DNA of 64,000 nucleotides. Origin: a virus. Shown piece after piece: positions 25,320-34,911 of this stretch (position 1 is its first letter; the number at the start of each line of letters is the position of its first letter). The translations under genes and the position numbers were made by a program. Below the pieces are notes generated by a model, which worked only from the letters and a program-made list of their open reading frames with translations, searched no databases and had not been told where the DNA came from. The stretch is from positions 1-64,000 of the IMG/VR virus record IMGVR_UViG_3300020438_000021; one strand, written 5' to 3'.

Positions 25320-25898
25320 ATGAAAATGAATATATTTACTTTAGACGAAAACCCAAGAACAAGTGCAAAGATGATGCTGGACAAGCATGTGGTCAAGATG
25401 CCAACCGAGAGTTTGCAGATGCTATTTACAATAGTTGACCATGTTGGCTTGGAAGCAGGTTGGAAGCCTGTGATGTTGAATCACCCATCTACCATTTGGG
25501 CGAGAGAGTCACAACAGAACTTTCGCTGGTTGCGTGAGCATACCTATGCACTGTGCAGGGAGTATACTCACAGATATAGCAGGATTCACAAGGTCGAGGT
25601 TCTGATGAACAGATATGCAGAACAGATGGATGAGGCAACTTGGCTTCTTCCTGATATTGGGTTGACTCCCTTTGCTATTGCTATTTCTCCTCACATGGAG
25701 TGTAGGAAGGCAGATGACTTTGATGGCATGACAACAATCGAGAAGTATCGTCAATACTATCTTGATGACAAGTGGCGATTCGCTTCTTGGACTAAGAGAG
25801 AAGAACCGGAATGGTGGCCGAAAGACCACTATCTGAAAAAGTCGTTTGACTACAAGCAAGAGGCAAACGCATTACTAATGAGGTTGGGATTGGTATGA
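25320..25898 (+). CDS. pyrimidine-dimer DNA glycosylase (DenV/Pyr_excise-like)
   Basis: MNIF.LD..P...DKHVVKM..E..Q...HPSTIW. Confidence 0.8.
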   Translation: MKMNIFTLDENPRTSAKMMLDKHVVKMPTESLQMLFTIVDHVGLEAGWKPVMLNHPSTIWARESQQNFRWLREHTYALCREYTHRYSRIHKVEVLMNRYAEQMDEATWLLPDIGLTPFAIAISPHMECRKADDFDGMTTIEKYRQYYLDDKWRFASWTKREEPEWWPKDHYLKKSFDYKQEANALLMRLGLV

Positions 25899-26065
25899 GG
25901 ATAATTAAGATAATGAGAGAACAGGATGTTTGCAGTATTTGTGATGGAACTGGAACGGCAGTTTTACAAACCGCAGATGGTGAGAAAGAACCTGTCCCTT
26001 GTCTGTGTCTGTGTGAGCCGACTTACAGTGAGTGGTTGGCATTACACGGAATTGAAGAAGAATGA
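25895..26065 (+). CDS. small Zn-binding protein (CSICDGTG...CLC)
   Basis: Translated by hand; ATGA overlaps on both ends. Confidence 0.55.
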   Translation: MRIIKIMREQDVCSICDGTGTAVLQTADGEKEPVPCLCLCEPTYSEWLALHGIEEE

Positions 26066-26352
26066 AAGGGTATATCCGATTCACAAATGGTATTGTCTCT
26101 GTTGAAGAGATGCAAGCATTCACTTGGAGACCATTGGATGAGGATGACCCATTGATGGACAGATTCAGGAACAGAGAACACGAACACATTGAGAAGTTCT
26201 TCAGCATCCTGATATTCCTTCGTGGTGGTCAGAAGTTCATGACTGCCACAACTAAGAACAACTTGAATGATATGATTAAGAGATTCAAGCACAAGAACAA
26301 AGGTGAACAATATGAATATAATAATGAAGATATGGGGGCGGAAAGCCCTTGA
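26062..26352 (+). CDS. hypothetical protein
   Basis: ORF track. Confidence 0.65.
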   Translation: MKGYIRFTNGIVSVEEMQAFTWRPLDEDDPLMDRFRNREHEHIEKFFSILIFLRGGQKFMTATTKNNLNDMIKRFKHKNKGEQYEYNNEDMGAESP

Positions 26353-26605
26353 AGATGAGTATAACGATTTAACTAACTGTACTCTTGATGCTGCTGTGAT
26401 GTCGTATGGTGAAACATATGAGAGCATAATAGAATTGGCAGGAACGCCAAACATCAATGTCCTTTGGAGAAAGGAACGTGTGTATCTTGAGATACTGAAG
26501 AAGAGGAGAGTAGAGAGAATCTTGATGAAAATCGCCAAGCCAATTGGTGGTTTGTTTCAAGCGTTGATTCCCAAAGACGAATTTAATGGGAGGTATAAGA
26601 AATGA
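26303..26605 (+). CDS. hypothetical protein
   Basis: ORF track; start uncertain. Confidence 0.6.
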   Translation: MNNMNIIMKIWGRKALEDEYNDLTNCTLDAAVMSYGETYESIIELAGTPNINVLWRKERVYLEILKKRRVERILMKIAKPIGGLFQALIPKDEFNGRYKK

Positions 26606-26784
26606 AAGAAGTAATAGAAATAATGAAAATAAAAATGAAAGACATGAAAGACGCATTGTTGTTCGGCAAGAAGCCGGACATCATGAAAGACCCCGCACAC
26701 TGGCGAAGAGTGTTTTGGAGGGCTGGACATGAGAGGTCTCTGCGAATGTTAGAAGAGACTGAAAGGCAAGGATATGAGTGGTGA
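26602..26784 (+). CDS. hypothetical protein
   Basis: ORF track. Confidence 0.55.
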   Translation: MKEVIEIMKIKMKDMKDALLFGKKPDIMKDPAHWRRVFWRAGHERSLRMLEETERQGYEW

Positions 26785-27035
26785 AGAAAATGGACATGGT
26801 AGAATTTAGACTAGTTAATGACCCAACAATGCCACCGATAATAATAACGATGGATGAGAATGACTTCCCGAAAGTTGTGATGAATGCAGAACACAGGGTT
26901 TGGTTATCTCTTCACCGTAAGACAATTGGTGGTAGTGCTGAAGCACTGTTCGGCAAGATAAACGACCTTCTAACTGCTTTCCTAGCAGAACAGAGAAGTT
27001 ATGAAATGATGGATAGAACTGATGAACATGAGTAA
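26778..27035 (+). CDS. hypothetical protein
   Basis: ORF track. Confidence 0.65.
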   Translation: MVKKMDMVEFRLVNDPTMPPIIITMDENDFPKVVMNAEHRVWLSLHRKTIGGSAEALFGKINDLLTAFLAEQRSYEMMDRTDEHE

Positions 27036-27147
27036 AGAGATTGGAAGATGTGCAAAATGCAGGAGGATGGGAGTATTATGGAAGTCCTACACTGGAAGCG
27101 GTGTTTACTGCAAAGCATGTTCCATGAAAGAGTATGTAGGTGAATGA
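27028..27147 (+). CDS. 39-aa Zn-finger micro-protein (CAKC...CKAC)
   Basis: Translated by hand. Confidence 0.5.
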   Translation: MSKEIGRCAKCRRMGVLWKSYTGSGVYCKACSMKEYVGE

Positions 27148-28298
27148 AAATGGAAATACCAAGAGAAGCAATAGAATTAACAATGGAAAGAGAAGATTAC
27201 GTTACAGCAAAGAGAGAACTAGGAAATGGTAGATGGGATAAGAAACTGAGAGAGAACATGACTTCTCTTTCGGTTGCTGACAACTACGATGATGCGAAGC
27301 ATGAGTGGATTGCAACAGGAGAAGTTTGGTGGCAAGGAATCGGAACACCGAGACCCGCATGGGCAGAGAACCATCCGAACAAGTGCCTATGTGAGCATCA
27401 CATTGTATATCATTTCGAGATACATAACACTGAGACTGATGTTAGGGAGTGTGTTGGTTCAGACCACATTAACTCCTACATGATTCTGAGGGCAATTGTA
27501 GAAGAGACAGGTATCAGTGCCGATGCGATTACTGAAGACATGATTCAAGAATGGATTGATGTCAGAGTTGCAGCACTAATCAAGGATGCTTGGTGGAGAC
27601 ACAACGGAGAGGACTTTGAGAGAACGTTCAACGAAATCAAGGAGTTGGATTTGAGAGTCAATGTTCGTAGGTCAGGCAGAAAGGTGTATGACCAGTCTCT
27701 AGGCGTTACAATAGATGAGACTAAGATTCGTAAGAAAGGAAGTGGAAGACCGGGTTCTATGGATTACGAGATGGCCTCTATCGTTTGGCGATGGAATCAT
27801 CCCGATAACCCGAAGGCTCAGATACACACTAGGGGATATCCTAATGATAAACTAATCACTGACTTGGATATCTTTCACATGCTGATTGATAGACACAAGG
27901 CTACGGTAGCAGCAGAGGATGAGGCTATCGAGACTCAGCAATTGAAGAACGAGGAATATCGAAAGCAGATAGCAATCAGGAACAGTGTGCTTCGTGAGAA
28001 GAAAGAGCATGAGTTCCATGATGCATGTGAATATTTTGATATCCCAGTGTTCAACCCTGAGATGGGCATCAATCAATGGGAGAAGAGATTCTTGACAGAC
28101 ATGGAGAGTCGAGTTATCAGACGAAGAGACTTGTCACCGAGGCAAGTTATTAAGTTGAAAGCAATAATCAATCGCTATAATGATAAGCCAACTGAACGTC
28201 AGGTGAATTACCTGCGCTCATTGGGCTACGAAGGTAATACTGAGGATTTAACAAAGGGAGAAGTCTCTAAGTTAATAGATGAATACAAGGAGGAATAA
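27144..28298 (+). CDS. hypothetical Zn-binding / DNA-binding protein
   Basis: CLCEHH...CVGSDH; C-terminal PTERQ..YL..LG...LTKGEVS.LI helical motif. Confidence 0.7.
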   Translation: MKMEIPREAIELTMEREDYVTAKRELGNGRWDKKLRENMTSLSVADNYDDAKHEWIATGEVWWQGIGTPRPAWAENHPNKCLCEHHIVYHFEIHNTETDVRECVGSDHINSYMILRAIVEETGISADAITEDMIQEWIDVRVAALIKDAWWRHNGEDFERTFNEIKELDLRVNVRRSGRKVYDQSLGVTIDETKIRKKGSGRPGSMDYEMASIVWRWNHPDNPKAQIHTRGYPNDKLITDLDIFHMLIDRHKATVAAEDEAIETQQLKNEEYRKQIAIRNSVLREKKEHEFHDACEYFDIPVFNPEMGINQWEKRFLTDMESRVIRRRDLSPRQVIKLKAIINRYNDKPTERQVNYLRSLGYEGNTEDLTKGEVSKLIDEYKEE

Positions 28299-28300
28299 TA

Positions 28301-28504
28301 ATGACAAAGAAAAAAGAAACAAAAGAGAAGAAGACTGAAGAACAGATGCCCGTAGTTGACGAGAAGGATGCAAGAATTGCAGAACTCACCAATCAACTAC
28401 AACAAGTAATGCAAGTGGCGAACAACCACATTGCTCTCTGTAAAGAGTACGAAAAGACAATCGCCATTCTATCAGGTAGAATACGTGTTTTGAATGGTGA
28501 TTAA
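28301..28504 (+). CDS. small coiled-coil protein
   Basis: GGAGG RBS. Confidence 0.65.
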   Translation: MTKKKETKEKKTEEQMPVVDEKDARIAELTNQLQQVMQVANNHIALCKEYEKTIAILSGRIRVLNGD

Positions 28505-28537
28505 ACAAAAGAAGAATGAATAAAAAAAAGGAGGAAA

Positions 28538-28744
28538 ATGAAAATGAAATTGATAATACAAGATGACACAGGACACACGGAAATGGAAGTAAACGTAGCA
28601 GGTCTCATGGAGCAGATAAACGACCACCCTAACCATTGGGTAGTTGTCGATGAGACAGTAATATTCAGCGAGAACATCGCTGATGTTGATTGGGAAACAG
28701 TCAATGAAGTTAAACTGATGGAAGAAGTCGTAGGCGGCTACTGA
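28538..28744 (+). CDS. ubiquitin-like (beta-grasp, ThiS/MoaD/SAMP-like) protein precursor ending VVGG-Y
   Basis: 66-68 aa; predicted beta-beta-alpha-beta-beta pattern; WVVVDE strand; EVKLMEEVVGGY C-terminus; GGAGG RBS. Confidence 0.7.
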   Translation: MKMKLIIQDDTGHTEMEVNVAGLMEQINDHPNHWVVVDETVIFSENIADVDWETVNEVKLMEEVVGGY

Positions 28745-28784
28745 ATCGGTTTTAGATAGTCTTAGCAGTAGTAGTTCGACTGCC

Positions 28785-28810
28785 GGAAGGGTGCAACGCC
28801 CTTCTTTTTT
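28785..28810 (+). terminator. hairpin + T-tract after the Ubl gene
   Basis: GAAGGGT-GCAAC-GCCCTTC-TTTTTT. Confidence 0.55.
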
Positions 28811-28832
28811 AACTCAACAAGGAGATGAATTT

Positions 28833-30722
28833 ATGGAAATACAACAAGAGATACTATCAGATATCACTGTGCATATGAAGTATGCAAAGTGGAAAGAAGC
28901 AGACCAGCGAAAGGAAACTTGGGAAGAGATTTGTCAGAGAAACAGACAGATGCATCTAGACTCTATCAGAAAGAGAGACCTACCCGAAGAAACAAAACAG
29001 ACAATTTACGAGAAGATTCACGACACTTATGATAACTATGTTATCCCAAAGAAGGTACTACCTTCAATGAGGTCGATGCAGTTTGCAGGTAAGCCGATTG
29101 AACTGTCACCAAACAGGGTATACAATTGTGCATACATGCCTATCGACCACTACTTGTCTTTCTCAGAAGCAATGTTTCTATTGCTAGGAGGAACAGGTGT
29201 TGGCTACTCAGTGCAGAGGCATCATGTAGACCAGTTGCCTGAGATTAGGTTGCCCAACCCAAAGAGAACTTACAGACATCTAGTTGCAGACTCCATCGAA
29301 GGATGGGCAGATGCAGTCAAGGTTCTGTTTGAGTCTTACATTGGTAAGAGAGCAACGACAGTTAGATTCGACTATTCAGATGTCAGGCCAAAGGGAAGTC
29401 CACTGAAGACCAGTGGAGGGAAAGCACCCGGCCCACAACCTCTGAAAGAATGTCTAGTGAAGGTCGAAGGTATTCTCGCTAACAAGAACAACGGCGACAA
29501 ACTAACCACATTAGAAGCACACGATATCGTTTGCTATATTGCAGATGCAGTATTGGCAGGTGGTATTCGCAGAGCAGCACTAATCAGTCTGTTCAGTGCA
29601 GATGACGATGATATGATAACATCTAAGTCAGGACACTTTTGGGAGAAGAACCCACAGAGAGCAAGAGCAAACAACTCAGTGGTTCTACTACGACACAGAA
29701 TCAAGAGGGACTTCTTCAACAATCTATGGAAGCGAGTTCAAGATTCAGGTTCAGGTGAACCCGGATTTTATTTCAGCAACGATAAGGATTGGGGAACTAA
29801 CCCTTGCTGTGAAATAGCACTCAGACCGTATCAGTTCTGTAACTTAACAGAAGTGAATGTGTCTGATGTGTCTAGTCAGTCCGACCTTAACAAGAGAGTA
29901 GAACATGCTACGTTCTTAGGAACACTGCAAGCATCCTACACTGACTTCCACTATCTAAGGGAAGTTTGGAAGAAGACATCTGAGAAAGATGCTCTGCTTG
30001 GTGTGTCAATGACTGGGATAGCAAGTGGTAGAGTTCTAGACTTAGATATGGAGTCTGCTGCAAACAAAGCAAGAAGCACGAATGAGTTCTTCGCTAATGC
30101 ATTGGGTATCAATACCGCAGCGAGGATAACTTGTGTCAAACCTGCTGGAACTACCAGTCTAGTTATGGGAACATCATCAGGTATTCACGCTTGGTGGTCT
30201 GAGTATTACATCAGGAGAATTAGGGTGCTAAAGACAGAAGCAATCTACAACTATCTGATAACCAAGTTCCCTGATTTAGTGGAGGATGACTACCACAATC
30301 CGAATCAGGCTATCATCTCCATACCTCAGAAGACTCCCGATGGGACTTCGATAACAAGAGATGAATCAGCATTGGAGATGTTGGAGAGAGTGAAGAAAGT
30401 ATCAGTCGATTGGGTTGTAACAGGACACAATCGAGGTGTCAACACTCACAATGTTTCTGCAACTGTCAACATCCGTGAGGATGAATGGGATGATGTAAGG
30501 AACTGGATGTGGAAGAACAGAGACTTCTACAATGGTCTATCTGTTCTACCGTTCGATGGTGGTGTCTACAAGCAAGCACCTCACGAACCGATAAGCAAGA
30601 AGCAATACGAAACTATGCTCAGACTTCTGACTGAAATCAATTTGACAGAAGTAGTCGAGTTAGAAGACAACACCGACTTGCAAGGAGAACTTGCTTGTGC
30701 AGGTGGAGTCTGTGAAATATGA
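28833..30722 (+). CDS. nrdJ: class II (AdoCbl-dependent) ribonucleotide reductase
   Basis: YNC, GGTGVG, AGGIRRAA, TNPCCEI, VKPAGT and C-terminal CAGGVC; start MEIQQ at 28833. Confidence 0.93.
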   Translation: MEIQQEILSDITVHMKYAKWKEADQRKETWEEICQRNRQMHLDSIRKRDLPEETKQTIYEKIHDTYDNYVIPKKVLPSMRSMQFAGKPIELSPNRVYNCAYMPIDHYLSFSEAMFLLLGGTGVGYSVQRHHVDQLPEIRLPNPKRTYRHLVADSIEGWADAVKVLFESYIGKRATTVRFDYSDVRPKGSPLKTSGGKAPGPQPLKECLVKVEGILANKNNGDKLTTLEAHDIVCYIADAVLAGGIRRAALISLFSADDDDMITSKSGHFWEKNPQRARANNSVVLLRHRIKRDFFNNLWKRVQDSGSGEPGFYFSNDKDWGTNPCCEIALRPYQFCNLTEVNVSDVSSQSDLNKRVEHATFLGTLQASYTDFHYLREVWKKTSEKDALLGVSMTGIASGRVLDLDMESAANKARSTNEFFANALGINTAARITCVKPAGTTSLVMGTSSGIHAWWSEYYIRRIRVLKTEAIYNYLITKFPDLVEDDYHNPNQAIISIPQKTPDGTSITRDESALEMLERVKKVSVDWVVTGHNRGVNTHNVSATVNIREDEWDDVRNWMWKNRDFYNGLSVLPFDGGVYKQAPHEPISKKQYETMLRLLTEINLTEVVELEDNTDLQGELACAGGVCEI

Positions 30723-31018
30723 ATAGGGAACAAGTCCTAGCAATAGAAAGCGATGTCATCGATAGGATGGCTAACGCTGGTGCGAAGGAAAGTCTCTCTA
30801 ACTTATACAAGAGGACTAGGGAAGATGGGAGGAAAACCCCATCTACTCTAGTTCTCAACAGAATCAGATATTATATTCGGTTAGGTTATACCGATTTATC
30901 GACAGAGGAATTAGAGTCTCTGTATAATAAGAAACTATACTATGAAAGAAATGGTGATGATAATGAAAATAAAAATGGAACTACCAAGAATAAGAAGCGA
31001 CAGGGAAAGGACTACTGA
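30719..31018 (+). CDS. hypothetical protein
   Basis: ORF track. Confidence 0.55.
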   Translation: MNREQVLAIESDVIDRMANAGAKESLSNLYKRTREDGRKTPSTLVLNRIRYYIRLGYTDLSTEELESLYNKKLYYERNGDDNENKNGTTKNKKRQGKDY

Positions 31019-32183
31019 AACAAGTTCATTTCTTTGTAAGACCAATAGATACCACAGGCATCTAACTTCAAGGAACGTTAATCGCTATGGTGAAATATAC
31101 ATCAGGATAACTAACAGAGATAGTCTATCAAAGAAGAAGTTTCATGAGAACGCTTATTGGAACACGTTTGCGAAGCATATGTATGATATATTCGTGCAGA
31201 CTAATGAAAACAGTAAGTCCGATGAGAGGACATGGATAACATTCCGATACCCGAATGGTGAGGCTTCAGTCATACTACGAAAGACTGGTAGCACTATCTA
31301 CATGAATGGTGTGAAGAAGAACCAAGTCGATGTGTCTATGGCTCTTGCCAAGATTATTGCCTATGGTTCTATGACTAGATGTGCAGATACGATGGAGTCA
31401 TATATTGACAGGAACGTTACTTACTCTGCGAACATACTGTATGCATTACAGAACAGAACGCCTTATTGGATGTTCTCTGAAGGCACTCAGTATAATGTCA
31501 AGATTAACACTAATCTAATAAGCAGGGAAGAAGTGGCATTTGAGATTTCAAAGAACATTTGGGGTTCGTTGCCTATCGAGGAAGCAAACACATTCATCGA
31601 CTGTTACAGGAACAAAGCACAGAGGTCAAAGAAATGGGCTAACATCAGCCCTTCTAATTTGTGGTTCAATATGTTTGGCTCTCATGCCACTGAGTCAGAA
31701 GAGGCTTTGATGAAAGCGTGGTTGATGCAGAACAGAACTGATTGGATTGTGGAAGAGAGAGCATTCACCTTACTGAAAGGAATGGATAAGAAAGAGCAAT
31801 ATACATTAGTTGACTTAAAAAAGCCACCTTTCTCTAATCTAAGATTAGAAGGCAAATCTAAAAACTATCATTTTGCCATGCATATTAAAGGACAGTTGGG
31901 AGATTGGCTGTGTTATCCTAATAACAACCAATCAGGAACACAAAGATGTAAGTTGGTGTTCCTCACTTCTCTTAATGAGTTTCAAGGTCCATTCTGTGTT
32001 GATGATGTCAATGGAAGAAATGTAATGGGAGACCAAATATCAACGAGGTCAACCCTCGTCTACAATGACACCGTGGCGACTAAGATTGTCAGGACTCTAA
32101 CTGATGTCAAGGCAACTAACTTCAGAGTTCCCGATGCAACGTTAAAGGCTGCTAGATTCACGGAGGACATAACATGGAGATAG
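30942..32183 (+). CDS. hypothetical protein; C-terminal GPFCVD motif, possible divergent E2-like domain
   Basis: 413-aa ORF; the Cys motif resembles E2 GxICLD; function is inference only. Confidence 0.55.
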   Translation: MKEMVMIMKIKMELPRIRSDRERTTETSSFLCKTNRYHRHLTSRNVNRYGEIYIRITNRDSLSKKKFHENAYWNTFAKHMYDIFVQTNENSKSDERTWITFRYPNGEASVILRKTGSTIYMNGVKKNQVDVSMALAKIIAYGSMTRCADTMESYIDRNVTYSANILYALQNRTPYWMFSEGTQYNVKINTNLISREEVAFEISKNIWGSLPIEEANTFIDCYRNKAQRSKKWANISPSNLWFNMFGSHATESEEALMKAWLMQNRTDWIVEERAFTLLKGMDKKEQYTLVDLKKPPFSNLRLEGKSKNYHFAMHIKGQLGDWLCYPNNNQSGTQRCKLVFLTSLNEFQGPFCVDDVNGRNVMGDQISTRSTLVYNDTVATKIVRTLTDVKATNFRVPDATLKAARFTEDITWR

Positions 32184-33076
32184 TCATGGCATGTCCTGAA
32201 TGTGGAGAGCATGATAGTTTCTTTGATGATGTGCTAGGTGAGAATGTATGCAATGGTTGTGGGTTGGTTCAAGTTATCAGGCCGTTTGAGGAAACCACAT
32301 CAATAATAAAGGATGGTAATCAAACACATGAGCCAACGAGAAGGTTAGGTTCTCTAATCATGGAGACAAAATCCAACTATAATCATAATCAGATGGTTAG
32401 AATGAAGAAGCACAACCTGTATGCGGCTGCGTTGTCTGAGGCAGATAACAGGACTATCGTTTTATCTCAGATGATTCTATCTAACTATCAAGTCAGTTCC
32501 TCTATCAAGAAGAAGGTAGAGGAATACCTTCGTTCTCTGAATATTGAGCATGTGTTTAGAGGTGCTTCTGTTGAACACAGAGCAGCATCCTTGACCTTCT
32601 TCATATTGAAGGAAAGCAAAGTGCCTATGAACATAAGAGAGCATAGTAGATACTCGATGGTTGAGAGGAAGTATATCTCACGTTGGGGTAAGAGAGTAGC
32701 AAGGCACTTCAGGAAGTCATATGTATTCACACAAGAGAATGCTATGAGAACGGCATCATCCATCTTAGATAGATTGGATGAGATACCCACAGGATATCGA
32801 ATGGAAGCGATGAGCATGATTCAGTTCTTGGAGACCTTCTACCAAGAGCAGCATTTGAGATTCTCACCGAACAAGGTTGTTGCTGGATTGTGGGTCGCAG
32901 GAAGAATGCAGAGAAAATACAGAGTAACTCAAGAAAGTCTAGTGAAGGCTTCGGGTAACACAACATCAGCAATGGGGTTGAGAGAACAGGTGAGAGAGAT
33001 GCAGAATATGTTCGGTCTATCGAAAGAAGACCTATACAGCCTATCTGTGTCTGATTTTGTATCAGGAGCGTATTAA
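32174..33076 (+). CDS. tfb: viral transcription factor B (TFIIB/TFB) homolog
   Basis: N-terminal CPECG..D...GENVCNGCGLV Zn ribbon; two cyclin-like repeats (RG.S.E..AA; P..V.AG.W; VTQ). Confidence 0.82.
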   Translation: MEIVMACPECGEHDSFFDDVLGENVCNGCGLVQVIRPFEETTSIIKDGNQTHEPTRRLGSLIMETKSNYNHNQMVRMKKHNLYAAALSEADNRTIVLSQMILSNYQVSSSIKKKVEEYLRSLNIEHVFRGASVEHRAASLTFFILKESKVPMNIREHSRYSMVERKYISRWGKRVARHFRKSYVFTQENAMRTASSILDRLDEIPTGYRMEAMSMIQFLETFYQEQHLRFSPNKVVAGLWVAGRMQRKYRVTQESLVKASGNTTSAMGLREQVREMQNMFGLSKEDLYSLSVSDFVSGAY

Positions 33077-33320
33077 GATGGAAGAGTTAATTGAAACACT
33101 AAAGAGAATGCAATACCACTTCAGTAAGTTCATTGAAGAGTATGAGAATCTACCACAGTTGAAGAACGTTGTCAGGAGAACAGTGCTAGAAGACGCAATA
33201 TCTGTTGTCGGAGCGACAATGGATGGAATAACAAATGAGATAGTTGATGCTTGGCATCATTATCAACAACAAATGATAGACAACAATGTAATAGATATAG
33301 GTGATGAAAATGATGAATAG
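33057..33320 (+). CDS. hypothetical protein
   Basis: ORF track; likely start at MEEL (33078). Confidence 0.6.
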   Translation: MYQERIKMEELIETLKRMQYHFSKFIEEYENLPQLKNVVRRTVLEDAISVVGATMDGITNEIVDAWHHYQQQMIDNNVIDIGDENDE

Positions 33321-33903
33321 AAGAATAATGATAATCGGAGCAGGTGGAATTGGTAGTTTCCTAACACAATTCCTTCAGAGACTAGGATATAGAATAACAG
33401 TGTTTGATGATGATGGTGTTGAGAGGAAGAACATCGGATATCAGAACTTCAGTGTTAATGATATAGGAGAGAACAAAGCAAGTATTCTAGCAGACAGAAT
33501 ATGGGACACATCCTTTCGTGGCACAGTCAACGATGAGCCTTTCAAGGTTCTAACAGCAAAGCAGTTACAGGGCTACAACTTGGTTGTGTGTTGTGCAGAT
33601 AATCTTGCTGTAAGGCGTTTATTGTATCAGCAAGGGTTTGGTGCAGATGCCAAGTTGAAGTGGCTAGACCTGCGAGCGCAGGGCAGGAATGGGGTATTGG
33701 TATCCTATCTAGCAGACCCTTCTATGAAGAGACTTGCAGATGGTGCTGATGGTTCATTCTCATGTCAAGCACAGTCTTGGGATGGGACTGCTAAGGATAT
33801 TGATTGCATGAATATCGTAATTGCTGCAACAGCAGCACAATGGATACAGAAGTGGTTCAACGATAACAACGATGTCAAAGACATGATGGTGTTGAACATA
33901 TGA
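33301..33903 (+). CDS. E1-like ThiF/MoeB family adenylyltransferase
   Basis: IIGAGGIGS, FDDDGVERKNIGYQ, KA, VCCADN..R; putative catalytic Cys in SCQ. Confidence 0.9.
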   Translation: MMKMMNRRIMIIGAGGIGSFLTQFLQRLGYRITVFDDDGVERKNIGYQNFSVNDIGENKASILADRIWDTSFRGTVNDEPFKVLTAKQLQGYNLVVCCADNLAVRRLLYQQGFGADAKLKWLDLRAQGRNGVLVSYLADPSMKRLADGADGSFSCQAQSWDGTAKDIDCMNIVIAATAAQWIQKWFNDNNDVKDMMVLNI

Positions 33904-34067
33904 AGAAATGTGACTGTGCAGAATGTCCCTGTCACTATCCGCTTAAGACCTTCTTTGGAGAATCGAGCAGTGCAGGTATGTTTCTGCCACTGAAAGATGC
34001 AACAGTAGTTTGTGGTAGATGTAAGCAGAACCTATCATGCAAGAAATGTAGAGGTGAAGATGAATGA
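33900..34067 (+). CDS. 55-aa Cys-rich Zn-finger protein
   Basis: Translated by hand: CDCAECPCH...CGRC...CKKC; ATGA-coupled to E1. Confidence 0.55.
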   Translation: MKKCDCAECPCHYPLKTFFGESSSAGMFLPLKDATVVCGRCKQNLSCKKCRGEDE

Positions 34068-34128
34068 ATTGTGATAATTGTGGAATGAAAATAAATGAAT
34101 TAAGAATAAAGACAGATGAATGTTGTAG

Positions 34129-34374
34129 ATGGGTGGTGATGAAATGAGAGCGAGTTCAAAGATACATGTTGAGTATGAAGTCCTGAAGTATATTATGGAC
34201 AGGATAGACTTAACAGAGTTAGAAGAGAGGATGTGTCCTTCGGGAGACAAAGTAGCAGAGAAGAGATTCAAGGATGGTGCTGACACAGTATCTAACTTGG
34301 TTAATAATCTGATAGTCAGGAGACTACACAGGTTGCCTAACACACATCCTGCCTACAAGGAGAAGGCAGAATGA
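34129..34374 (+). CDS. hypothetical protein
   Basis: ORF track. Confidence 0.65.
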   Translation: MGGDEMRASSKIHVEYEVLKYIMDRIDLTELEERMCPSGDKVAEKRFKDGADTVSNLVNNLIVRRLHRLPNTHPAYKEKAE

Positions 34375-34670
34375 TTCACTTCCGAATCTTAGACAAAACT
34401 CTCTGTGGTGCTGACTACAAAGAGCCTAGTGAGAAAGCAGCGAAAGATGGTAGGATTTGTGATGACTGCATCCAAGTGATGTGGAAGGAACAATACAGAA
34501 GAAACGTTCTCAGAGTAAAGCAGCCTACACAACAAAAGGTCAGTTTAACCGAGAAATGGGAAAAGGCTTGGGAAGAAACTAACAAGGAAGAGGTTGTAGT
34601 CGAAGAACCTCGATTGTCTCCACCTAGAGCAATCAAATCGCTTCGACATTATATGAAGGTGAAAGCATGA
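34371..34670 (+). CDS. Zn-binding hypothetical protein (H...LCG...CDDC)
   Basis: ORF track. Confidence 0.6.
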   Translation: MIHFRILDKTLCGADYKEPSEKAAKDGRICDDCIQVMWKEQYRRNVLRVKQPTQQKVSLTEKWEKAWEETNKEEVVVEEPRLSPPRAIKSLRHYMKVKA

Positions 34671-34909
34671 CAAAGGAAGATGCAAATATAGATGACATAA
34701 GCGAAGAAGACATAGGCCGGATGTTGACCATTATATCAACAGATGGATACTACAAACAGGCGATGATTGTAAAGGTCGTTTGCCCTGTTTGTGGCGAAGA
34801 GTTCTTGGGAACTAAGAGACATGCTGGTGGATTCATAGCAGGACACAGAGCATATCATGAGTTTGAGAACGAGCAGGATATGAGAGTAAACCAAATGGGA
34901 GGAATATAA
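34667..34909 (+). CDS. C2H2-type Zn-finger protein (CPVC...HRAYH)
   Basis: Motif; directly upstream of JAB. Confidence 0.65.
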   Translation: MTKEDANIDDISEEDIGRMLTIISTDGYYKQAMIVKVVCPVCGEEFLGTKRHAGGFIAGHRAYHEFENEQDMRVNQMGGI

Positions 34910-34911
34910 TA

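Noticed and set aside
28538-33903. ThiS/ThiF thiamine or molybdopterin auxiliary pathway
   Set aside because: No ThiG, MoaE or other sulfur-acceptor enzyme is seen in the window. It is disfavoured, but not excluded because the genome is incomplete.
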